From Candidatus Methylomirabilota bacterium (lineage in GTDB: Bacteria; Methylomirabilota; Methylomirabilia; Rokubacteriales; CSP1-6), in the NCBI GenBank assembly GCA_046726415.1, contig JBKPAK010000077.1:1-20970 (forward strand): a stretch of 20,970 nt of DNA. Direction: 5' to 3'. The notes beneath the pieces are model-generated. The model was given only the letters and a program-made list of their open reading frames with translations, was not told the DNA's origin and did not search any database. The stretch's first letter is position 1. Each line of letters starts with the position of its first letter. The position numbers and the translations under genes are program-made. Shown here piece by piece: positions 11,835 through 20,970 of the stretch.

Positions 11835-13392
11835 GGGCCACGTCTTCGAAGACGAGGGCTGGAGCGGGGCGACCCTCGTTCGGCCCGGCCTCGAGCGCCT
11901 CCGGGACCTGGCGGCCCAAGGGCAGATGGAAGTGGTGCTCGTCTACAGTCCCGACCGGCTCAGTCGCAAATATGCGTATCAGGTGCTGGTGCTGGAAGAG
12001 TTCGCCCGCCATGGGGTGGAGGTGGTGTTCCTCCGGAGCCCCCGGGCCGAAACCCCTGAGGACGTCCTGCTGCTCCAGTTCCAGGGCATGATCGCGGAGT
12101 ACGAGAAAGCCCAGATCAGCGAGCGCACGCGGCGGGGCAAGCGGCATCGCGCCCAAGCCGGCTTCGTCAACGCCCTCACGGGGGCGCCGTTCGGCTATCG
12201 CTACGTGCGCAAGGCCGAGGGTGCGCCCGCGCGGTATGAGGTGCTCGAGTCCGAGGCCCTCGTGGTGCGCGAGGTGTTCCGCCGGTACACCGAAGAAGGG
12301 AACTCGCTGGGCGCCCTCGCCCGCTGGCTGACCATGGCGGGGATCCGTACCCGCACCGGTCAGTCGCGATGGAATAAGAGCTCGGTCTGGGCCATGTTGC
12401 GCAATCCAGCGTATCGGGGCACGGCCTGTTTCCAGAAAACCCGGCAGGCTGAGCGGGAGCGCGTGAATCGCCGCCTGCGGCAGCGCGGCGGCATCCCCGC
12501 CCACCCGGTGTGCTCACGCCCTCGCCCGCGCGAAGAGTGGATCGAGATCCCGGTGCCTGCCCTGGTGTCCCCCACTCAGTTCGCCCTGGCCCAAGAACGC
12601 TTCGAACAGAACCGGCAGTTTTCAGCCCGGCACACCAAGCAGCCCTCGCTCCTCCAGGGCCTGCTGATCTGTCAGCTGTGCGGGTACGCGCTCTACCGGT
12701 ACTCGACCCGCACGACGTGCCGTCGACTCACCTATTATCGCTGTACGGGGACCGACGCCTATCGCTTCCCGGACGGCCGCCGCTGTACCAATCGCCCCGT
12801 CCGGCAAGACGCGGTGGAGGCGCTCGTCTGGGAGCACGTCATCCAGTTGCTCAGCAATCCCGCGCTCGTGCGCGCCGAACTTGATCGCCGGCTCATGGAG
12901 CTGCGCACCGACCATGTCGGGGACGTGCAGCGTGATGTCGCGACGAAGGAGCTGGCTCGCATTCGCGCCGGCGTCACCCGCTTGATCGAAGCCTACCAGG
13001 AGCAGCTGATCTCGCTCGATGAGCTCCGCATGCGGATGCCGCCTCTCCGCCAACGAGAAACGACCGTCCAGACCCAGCTCGCGACCCTGGAGGCGGAACT
13101 TCTCGACGCCGAGACGTATGTCGCCCTCGCCGAGAGCCTAGAAGGCTTTCTCGCCAAGCTCCATGATGCGGCCCAGACCCTCGAAGTTGCCGATCGCCAA
13201 CGCGTCCTCCGGCTGGTGGTCAAAGAGGTCCGGGTCGGGCCTGACTCCATCGTCATCAAGCACTCGATTCCGTTCCCTGGCCATCATCCGACCCCGGGTT
13301 ATCTATTGCGTCCAGGGGATCGTGATCAAGAAAATCGGCATCGTGATCACCGGGATCGGAGGATCGTGATCAGGGCGATGGCCGAAGCGTAG
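11713..13392 (+). CDS. Large serine recombinase (resolvase + recombinase + zinc ribbon + coiled coil)
   Basis: AAIYARVSS (catalytic Ser), DEGWSG, RPGLERL, PDRLSR, LRNPAYRG and LLQGLLICQLCG...YYRC...RC; AAGGAGG RBS. The last ~24 codons are read from the IS21 end. Confidence 0.95.
   Translation: MKTAAIYARVSSDRQKEEQTIASQTSALRAYAAAHEYLVPEGHVFEDEGWSGATLVRPGLERLRDLAAQGQMEVVLVYSPDRLSRKYAYQVLVLEEFARHGVEVVFLRSPRAETPEDVLLLQFQGMIAEYEKAQISERTRRGKRHRAQAGFVNALTGAPFGYRYVRKAEGAPARYEVLESEALVVREVFRRYTEEGNSLGALARWLTMAGIRTRTGQSRWNKSSVWAMLRNPAYRGTACFQKTRQAERERVNRRLRQRGGIPAHPVCSRPRPREEWIEIPVPALVSPTQFALAQERFEQNRQFSARHTKQPSLLQGLLICQLCGYALYRYSTRTTCRRLTYYRCTGTDAYRFPDGRRCTNRPVRQDAVEALVWEHVIQLLSNPALVRAELDRRLMELRTDHVGDVQRDVATKELARIRAGVTRLIEAYQEQLISLDELRMRMPPLRQRETTVQTQLATLEAELLDAETYVALAESLEGFLAKLHDAAQTLEVADRQRVLRLVVKEVRVGPDSIVIKHSIPFPGHHPTPGYLLRPGDRDQENRHRDHRDRRIVIRAMAEA
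13319..13372 (+). repeat. Three direct repeats ATCGTGATCA, IS21-family left-end transposase-binding repeats
   Basis: Copies at 13319-13328, 13340-13349 and 13363-13372 (21 and 23 nt spacing), 70 nt upstream of istA. Confidence 0.8.
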
Positions 13393-13441
13393 CGACGCTG
13401 GACCGTCGGCCGGGGCCGTCCGCCCCCCGAAAGGGGGAGGG

Positions 13442-14195
13442 ATGGCCACCGAGCGATTGTCCATGCGCCAGACACGGGAGATCCTGCGACAGAAGTGGAG
13501 CCTCGGGCGCACCCACCGGGAGGTGGCGCAGAGCCTGGGGATCAGCAGTGGTGCCGTCGGGACTCACGGTGCTGCGGGCCCGCGCGGCCGGGCTCGATTG
13601 GGTCTAGGTCGACACCCTCAGCGACGACGCGCTGCAGGCCCGCGTGTACGGGCCCCCGACCCCGCCCACGCATCATCGCGCCGTCCCCGACTTCGCCTCC
13701 CTGCATACCGAGCGGCGCAAGCCCGGGGTCACGCTCGAGCTGCTCCATCTCGAATATCTCGAGCAGCATCCGGACGGCTACCGCTACACCCAGTTCTGCG
13801 AGTTCTACCGCCGCTGGCTCCAGCGCCGGGGCCTCTCGATGCGCCAGGTTCACCGCGCCGGCGAGAAGTGCTTCGTCGACTACGCCGGCCAGAAGCCGAG
13901 GATCATCGACCCGGCCACCGGCGAGGTGATCGCGGTCGAACTCTTCGTCGCCGTGCTGGGGGCCTCGAACTACACCTACGCGGAAGCGACGCGCACCCAG
14001 CAGGTCCCGGATTGGATCGCGAGCCACCAACGCGCCTTCCAGTTCTTGGGGGGCGTCATCGAGGTCATCGTGCCCGATCAACTCAAGAGCGGCGTCGTCG
14101 TGCCGTGCCGCTACGAGCCCGGCGTGCAGCGGACCTACGACGATTTCGCCCAGCACTACGGCACCGTGATCCTGCCGGCGCGGCCGGCGAAACCA
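13442..14195 (+). pseudogene. istA: IS21-family IstA transposase: frameshift near 13565, in-frame TAG at 13605, truncated
   Basis: MATERLSMRQTREILR...GVTLELLHLEY...YRYTQFCEFY...MRQVHRAGEKCFVDYAG...LFVAVLGASNYTYAEAT...IVPDQLKSGV...FAQHYGTVILPARPAKP, after which similarity stops. Confidence 0.92.
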
Positions 14196-14366
14196 CTGGT
14201 GCCGCTCGTGATAGGGGCCATCTGGTCGCTCGTGGATCTGCTCCGCTCGCGATCCATCGTCGAGGAGATCAACAACCAGAAGGCCGCCGAGATCGCCCGC
14301 CAGATGGGCATCCGCGCCAAAATCCCGGTGGCGAAACTCTGCCGCCGCGGCGGCGCCGGACTGTGA
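14196..14366 (+). pseudogene. Unrelated C-terminal gene fragment fused in frame to istA, possibly TM2-domain-like
   Basis: LVPLVIGAIWSLVDLLRSRSIVEEINNQKAAEIA: a hydrophobic helix with a W.LVD motif followed by an amphipathic helix. Confidence 0.35.
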
Positions 14367-14367
14367 A

Positions 14368-14398
14368 GCGGCCCGGGTCACGACTCGACCCGGGCCGC
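14368..14398. terminator. Hairpin between convergent genes, downstream of groEL
   Basis: GCGGCCCGGGTC-ACGACTC-GACCCGGGCCGC, a perfect 12-bp stem with only a weak U-tract. Confidence 0.65.
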
Positions 14399-14426
14399 AG
14401 GGAAGACCCCCACCGAGGGTTACCGG

Positions 14427-16350
<1,924 letters not shown>

Positions 16351-16391
16351 ACGCTCCTCCTCCTGCGGTGGACTTCGCCCGGCCGTGCAGC

Positions 16392-16420
16392 GTGACCAGG
16401 TCGAGGCTCGACCTGGTCAC
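16392..16420. repeat. Perfect 29-bp palindrome upstream of groES
   Basis: GTGACCAGGTCGAG-G-CTCGACCTGGTCAC (14-bp arms, 1-nt centre). Confidence 0.85.
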
Positions 16421-16442
16421 CCGGGATGTGAGGTTCACGTTC

Positions 16443-16706
16443 CTAGGCGTGGGCTGGCCAGATCTTGTGCAGGGCGACAATCACGAGAGCCGCTCCGACG
16501 AACGCAACGACGGCCGTCGCGAACGTCGCCGTTCCCGGAGACCCGCCGCCCAGGACCGAAAAGATCGCGCTCGCCGCGCTGCTCCCGGCGAGTCCGAGGA
16601 TGAGGTTCCAGACCAGCCCATACCCTCCGTCCTTGATCACGAATCCGGCCAGCCAGCCGGCCAGAAGCCCCACGAGAACCGCCGTCGCGACCATCGCGAG
16701 ATCCAT
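16443..16706 (-). CDS. GlsB/YeaQ/YmgE family stress-response (transglycosylase-associated) membrane protein
   Basis: VGLLAGWLAGFVIKDGGYGLVWNLILGLAGS...VAFVGAALVI; three TM segments; GAAGGAG RBS. Confidence 0.88.
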   Translation of the reverse strand: MDLAMVATAVLVGLLAGWLAGFVIKDGGYGLVWNLILGLAGSSAASAIFSVLGGGSPGTATFATAVVAFVGAALVIVALHKIWPAHA

Positions 16707-16761
16707 GATTCTTCTCCTTCTCCGAGCGCCCTGGACTTCCGACTGCCCCTCCAGGTTTCAC

Positions 16762-16812
16762 TTGACTTGATATATATCACGTAATAGATTATATAACGAC
16801 TAGAGATTATAT
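16762..16812. promoter_or_regulatory. AT-rich divergent promoter region with candidate operator
   Basis: The plus strand has TTGACT(16762)-17 nt-TAGATT(16785). The minus strand has TATAAT at 16788-16793 and 16806-16811. The palindrome TGATATATATCA lies at 16768-16779. Confidence 0.7.
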
Positions 16813-16861
16813 GAGAATCGATCCCGACGGGCGGGCTGGTCGACACGGAACGGGAGGGGTG

Positions 16862-17107
16862 ATGTTGGCGAACAGGACCAGAGTCCTCCTCGTTCTCCCC
16901 GGGGATCTCCTGGACCGGGCCCGGGTCCTGGCGGGGAAGGCGATCATGGCGTTGAGGCTGCCCGTGAGCCTCCAGAGTGTCCTCCGGGCCCTGATCGGGG
17001 AGGGGCTGAAGCGGGCCGACGACCCCGCCCTCCTCGCCGACGTGGAGGGACAAGCCAAGGCGGTCCGCGATATCCGGAGCCGGGGCGCGTCGAGGCGGGC
17101 AAGCTGA
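16862..17107 (+). CDS. Small hypothetical protein, RHH-like
   Basis: GGAGG RBS; RTRVLLVLPGDLLDRARVLA...VSLQSVLRALIGEGL fits a strand-helix-helix pattern. Confidence 0.6.
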   Translation: MLANRTRVLLVLPGDLLDRARVLAGKAIMALRLPVSLQSVLRALIGEGLKRADDPALLADVEGQAKAVRDIRSRGASRRAS

Positions 17108-17241
17108 GGAGGAACGCGGAGATCGTTGGTCTGGAATCCGGCAGCGGCTGAGCGGTCGCGCGGAAGAGAGGCGCCGGAAGTGCTCCGCTCGGCCATCGTC
17201 CACACGGACTGAGCGCCTCGACGGGTGATCGGGAGAACACG

Positions 17242-17581
17242 ATGCACCAGTGCGTGGCCTCAAGGAGCTTCGCGGGCAGGGCAGGATGGCCTGGATCGAC
17301 GAGGAGCACGGATGGGTCGCCGCGCCCGAGGACATCATGAATGCCCTGTCGAGTGAGGGCTTCGAAGAATGCAAGCGCGAGATGACCACGAGCCGGCAGG
17401 ACGGCCGGCCGGCGGGCGGCGTACGGCAGGGCATCAACCCACGTACGGGATCCGTGGCTCAATGATCTGGGTGAATCGTCCGACCTCGCCGGACGCCATC
17501 GTGTTCATGGCGATCAATGGCGAGTCACTCACGGGTGCCGGCCCCCCGAGACCGGATTATATAGGGAGGACGGGGGGGTGA
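17242..17581 (+). pseudogene. Hypothetical protein split by frameshifts near 17249 and 17460
   Basis: GGGAG RBS and ATG at 17242. Protein-like text GLKELRGQGRMAWIDEEHGWVAAPE...GINPRTGSVA continues in another frame as MIWVNRPTSPDAIVFMAINGESL. Confidence 0.55.
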
Positions 17582-17653
17582 GGCCTAACGCCGCCGGCCT
17601 CGTCCGACGGCGCGCCGTGCGGCAGCCGACTGTCCGACAGAGCGGGCAGCCCT

Positions 17654-17995
17654 ATGACGCGTGAACAAGGCCGAGGGCGTGCGGCCGTGCTCCTGATCCT
17701 CACGGTGGTGCTCTGGTTCCATGCGTGGTTTCCAGCCCTCCTCGTGGTCGCGTTCGTGATCTGGGTCCTCCTCCACAAGCGGCTGGAGGGTGATCTCGGA
17801 CGAGCCCTCCTTCCTCTGTGGCGGCACGTCTGGCCGCCAGCACCCCTTGTGCTCGTTGCCCTTCTGGGCGCCGCCACCATGGCGTACTGGGTTTCAGACC
17901 AGCCGGTGTTGAGAAAGGTCATGCCGCTCACGCTCACCCTGTTCGCGCTGTCGATGATCCTGCTTGGGCGCTGGTGGAAGAGGGTCCCGCATTAG
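17654..17995 (+). CDS. Hypothetical membrane protein (about 4 TM)
   Basis: 113 aa with four hydrophobic stretches and a basic C-terminus. Confidence 0.7.
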   Translation: MTREQGRGRAAVLLILTVVLWFHAWFPALLVVAFVIWVLLHKRLEGDLGRALLPLWRHVWPPAPLVLVALLGAATMAYWVSDQPVLRKVMPLTLTLFALSMILLGRWWKRVPH

Positions 17996-18094
17996 AGGGG
18001 GCGCAACTCAGTCCATATCGGAATCCCGGCTCACGCCGACCAGGAGGCCGCGCGCTCACCTATCCGAGTGATAGACGCCAGGAGGTGTCCCCTC

Positions 18095-18514
18095 ATGATG
18101 ACGATCGTGACCCGTGTCACGTTGAAGGAAGCCAGCGCGCGCGAGTGGGATGCCGCCATGCGCGCGCGGCTGGACGCCGCTAAGCATCAGCCAGGCTGGA
18201 TCGCCGCCCAGCTCCTCATTCCGCTAGAAAGCCTCAACAAGAGCGTTCTCATTGGCGCCTGGCAGACACGCGCCGACTGGGAGGCCTGGCACGAGGACCT
18301 CGCGTTCGCCGAAACGCGCAAACGGCTGGAGGGATTGGAAGCGACACCGAGGGAGGAGTGGTGGCACGAAGTTGTCTTGGACATGTGGACAGGCTTTCGA
18401 GCACCGGTAGACCTCAGGGTGATCACGAGGCAGTTGGGGGATGCTCGGAAGCGCCTCGCGACGGCGCTGATCGCCACGGCGAACCGGCTCCGTTCAGGGG
18501 GACGGCGATCCTGA
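18095..18514 (+). CDS. Antibiotic biosynthesis monooxygenase (ABM) family protein with C-terminal extension
   Basis: AGGAGG RBS; MMTIVTRVTLK...QPGWIAAQLL...GAWQTRADWEAWHE..F. Confidence 0.82.
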   Translation: MMTIVTRVTLKEASAREWDAAMRARLDAAKHQPGWIAAQLLIPLESLNKSVLIGAWQTRADWEAWHEDLAFAETRKRLEGLEATPREEWWHEVVLDMWTGFRAPVDLRVITRQLGDARKRLATALIATANRLRSGGRRS

Positions 18515-18564
18515 CGACGTGCGGTCGAGCGGGGGCCAAGCGGGTGTCCCCGTTGTGCGGCAAC

Positions 18565-18655
18565 GCCCTCGACGCGCTCGTGGCCCGCGGCCTCAAGGCG
18601 CCGGTGCTGTGCATCATCGACGAGCATGCCGGCCTGCGGCGCGCCGTGGGGCTGG
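18565..18655 (+). mobile_element. IS256-family transposase internal fragment
   Basis: ALDALVARGLKAPVLCIIDEHAGLRRAV resembles the IS256 motif L..L..RGL....L.I.DG..GL..AV. Confidence 0.65.
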
Positions 18656-18789
18656 CGGGGCAACGGGCTCGGCAACCTGGAGCGAGCAACGGCTCATTGC
18701 TCCCGGTGCGCCAGGGCAGACCCCGTGGAGCAGGGGATCGGCTAAATCCGCCGCGAGTGCCTGGACCACTTCGTGATTCTGAGAGCGGA

Positions 18790-19176
18790 TCCCTGACCAG
18801 CCTGCAGCAGCGGCTCTTCAAGACCGGCGGGCGCCTCGTGCGACATGCCCGGTACTTCGGGCTTCAACTGGCCGGGAGCCACTTGACGCAGCGCCTGTCT
18901 GGGAAGATCCTCGGGCGCATCGAGCGACTCGCGTACCGTCTGACGCGATACAGGGATGGACGGGAATGGGCAGCGGGAGGCAACTCGGCGGCGATGTCTC
19001 TCAACGGCACACGGTCGGTGTGACCTAACCGGGAAGCACCGGTCACACAGGCCCCAGGGTTTTGCCCGAAGCATCGCCATCAACGTGTCGGGAGGGGTGA
19101 ACGAGTTGACGGACGGACGGTCCGCTCGGTGGACTCCGCCATGAGAGGCGGAATGGCTCCATATCGGGAATCCCGG
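18790..19176 (+). mobile_element. IS1380-family transposase C-terminal remnant with candidate right end
   Basis: SLTSLQQRLFKTGGRLVRHARYFGLQLAGSHLTQRLSGKILGRIERL; the segment ends in ATCGGGAATCCCGG. Confidence 0.75.
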
Positions 19177-19193
19177 TCTAGGAGGGCTTGCCA

Positions 19194-19544
19194 ATGAAGC
19201 CAGACACGGCAGCGAAGGTTAAGTACGGAGTTTGGGGCCTCATTTGTGGGGCAGTCATCGCCATGATCATCGGCTTTGTGTGGGGCGGCTGGACAACCTC
19301 CGGCACGACCCAAACGATGAGCCGAGAGGCGGTCTTGGCGAGTCAGGCGGCGATCTGCGTCGCCCAATTCATGAAACAACCGAACCCAGAAGAGAAACTG
19401 AAAGCACTCGGGGAAGTCAGTAGCTACCAGAGAGCGGAAGTCATCGAAAAAGGCGGCTGGGACAAGATGCCCGGGCAAGAAAAGGCTGGCTGGGCTGTAG
19501 CCCGAGCATGCGCCGATGGGCTTGAACTTCTTACCAAGAAATGA
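19194..19544 (+). CDS. Hypothetical membrane-anchored protein with two Cys
   Basis: AGGAGG RBS; N-terminal TM followed by GFVWGGWTT, AAICVAQF, IEKGGWDKMPG and VARACA. Confidence 0.8.
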   Translation: MKPDTAAKVKYGVWGLICGAVIAMIIGFVWGGWTTSGTTQTMSREAVLASQAAICVAQFMKQPNPEEKLKALGEVSSYQRAEVIEKGGWDKMPGQEKAGWAVARACADGLELLTKK

Positions 19545-20148
19545 GAGCACGGGCGGCGCCCCATTGCTCCGGTGCTTTCTGAGTAGCTAACTTTCTCAGG
19601 ATCGCATCGCCACGTTACTTCCTCTTCGATCTCTCGCGGTCGAGATCCCTTCGATATAGAGAACAAAGCCTAATGCTCGAGCCTTGTCCAAGTCTGACGC
19701 CTTGCTTCGGTACACGTTCATCGTGCCTCGATTTGAACCAGCGACGCCCGAGAGCTACGTGTTTTAGTCGCATCGTCTTTCTTGTGTAGACATGCGGTGT
19801 AAGCTTTCGAGATTCCTGGCGAAAACGTGATCGCGGCTGAAACACGGGTTCGGATCCGGTTGCACCCCCGCGCACGGAACGGCCCACGCCGAGATGTAAA
19901 CCTACGCCACTAAGGCCGGAGCCCAGCCCTGGAAACACAGGCAGCTCACGCGGCCAAGAAACACGTCCGTATGCCAAATCCCGTTGGGGAACCGAACGCG
20001 TGTTATCTGCTCCCATTTTGCTCCCACAACACCCCGAAACACGGCCAAGCAGGAAGGAGAACGACGTATCAAGAGATAACGTCGAACCCATTGCCGTAAC
20101 GTGCTTTTCCCGCGAGATCAGAGGGGTTACCGACATAGCCCGAGCGCA

Positions 20149-20193
20149 CTCATAACCCAAAGGTCGCTGGTTCAAATCCAGCCCCCGCAACCA
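20149..20193 (+). tRNA. 3' half of initiator tRNA-Met(CAT); att-site duplication, not a complete tRNA
   Basis: CTCATAACCCAAAGGTCGCTGGTTCAAATCCAGCCCCCGCAACCA contains the anticodon loop, T-arm and 3' acceptor strand with CCA. The 5' half (CGCGGGG..., D-arm) is absent upstream. Confidence 0.92.
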
Positions 20194-20196
20194 CGG

Positions 20197-20240
20197 GAAA
20201 CCCTCGGAAGAAAAGAGCCTTCCGGGGGTTTCGTGTTTCT
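20197..20240 (+). terminator. Rho-independent terminator after the tRNA fragment
   Basis: GAAACCCTCGGAAG-AAAAGAGC-CTTCCGGGGGTTTC, followed by GTGTTTCT. Confidence 0.8.
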
Positions 20241-20467
20241 GCTATTGGCGTCGTCATCCGGCGCTCATCCGGCAACTCGTGAAGCGGTCGCCCCCGGGGT
20301 GGAATTTGAGGCGGCGGGCGGGAACGTCGTTCCGCTTGCGACCTCGCGCGCGCCTGCATCGGCGCATGACGAAAGTTGACAGGCGGGGGTGCCCCCGAGC
20401 ATGGTAAGTAAACTCATGGGCCTGTCACGGAGCGTGCGACAGAGAGTCGCCCTGCTCGGCGGTTAGC

Positions 20468-20530
20468 ATGACTGTCCGCTTTCAGTTCGACTTCGAGAAG
20501 ACCCTGACGGCACTCCTCGCTGGCGGGTGA
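20468..20530 (+). pseudogene. 20-codon ORF resembling the N-terminus of Panacea/SocA (DUF4065) antitoxins
   Basis: MTVRFQFDFEKTLTALL then a stop. The resemblance is by eye only. Confidence 0.3.
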
Positions 20531-20856
20531 CAGAGTGAACGCCTAACGCGCGGGCGCTGACACCGGCGACGGGCACGCGGTCGCGCCGCGCCGGCCGCCG
20601 CGCGGGCATCGCTTCGGCGTCGGCCTTCCGGCATGAGATGGCGATTACTCGCGAGAAGGTCGTTGACGCGTCTGAAGGCGCCTGTTTCAGAATGTATCGC
20701 CACCGCGTACGTCTGCCTCCTCGGTGATGTTCCCCCCGAATGTCACGACGGGTCGCTCACCGTGCAGCGGCCTATCATCCCCTTACGTCTCGGGCCTTAG
20801 CTCTCTCCCTCCCCATGGCGACGCATCGAGGCCTAGACTGCACTGAGTCGCAAAGG

Positions 20857-20970
20857 TGTTGACACCCGCGACGGAAAAAGAAGAGGGCCATCTGCCCTAT
20901 CCTTCCCAGAGTGGAAGTCCCGCCAAGAACTCACCCTGGGGAGGATGGACCGATGACCCTGGACGACAGC
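20857..20970 (+). mobile_element. Left end of an IS481-like element, transposase starting at 20953 and running off the window
   Basis: A 5'-TGT start (TGTTGACAC), a hairpin CCTTCCCAGAGTG...CACCCTGGGGAGG covering the RBS, and ORF start MTLDDS. Confidence 0.5.

Larger units (their letters stand above)
11328..13318 (+). mobile_element. Putative minimal large serine recombinase element (RHH + small ORF + LSR); left boundary uncertain
   Basis: Three tightly overlapping genes. LSR-like sequence ends at PGYLLRPG, directly abutting IS21 end repeats. The GGGG at 13315-13318 has candidate partners at 11328-11331 or 11404-11407. Confidence 0.55.

Noticed and set aside
13319-13372. Short regularly spaced repeats as a CRISPR array
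   Set aside because: The repeats are only 10 bp with 11-13 nt spacers, there are no cas genes, and their position before istA explains them as IS21 end repeats.
18358-19023. 221-aa ORF as a real gene
   Set aside because: It is a chance in-frame join of IS256 and IS1380 fragments overlapping the ABM gene.
20118-20193. Complete tRNA-Met gene
   Set aside because: The upstream bases cannot form the acceptor 5' strand, D-arm or anticodon stem.
20376-20410. Sigma70 promoter at TTGACA
   Set aside because: There is no convincing -10 at 16-18 nt spacing.

Overview
High-GC bacterial DNA. It may be from a Rokubacteria/Methylomirabilota-like soil organism, but that is only an impression from the gene content. 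The window looks like the right-hand end of a decaying genomic island integrated at an initiator tRNA-Met gene: only the 3' half of tRNA-fMet (20149-20193) remains, followed by a terminator, as expected for an att site. Cargo, left to right: a frameshifted GT4 glycosyltransferase and amylo-alpha-1,6-glucosidase pair; a Zn-ADH remnant; an LLM/F420 oxidoreductase; an iscU(pseudo)-ferredoxin-Rieske-nfuA-ATP-grasp operon; an ACP-FAAL-acyltransferase fusion; a damaged Hsp20; a compact ~2 kb large serine recombinase (LSR) element; IS21 remnants; a GlsB/YeaQ/YmgE-groES-groEL unit without CIRCE, divergent from an RHH-like gene; small membrane, ABM and hypothetical genes; and IS256 and IS1380 remnants. 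An IS481-like element starts at the far right. The most interesting candidate system is the LSR mini-element: an unannotated RHH gene, an overlapping small ORF and the LSR, with the right junction inside the LSR 3' end, abutting an IS21 left end. All family calls come from motif recognition by eye; no database searches were run.
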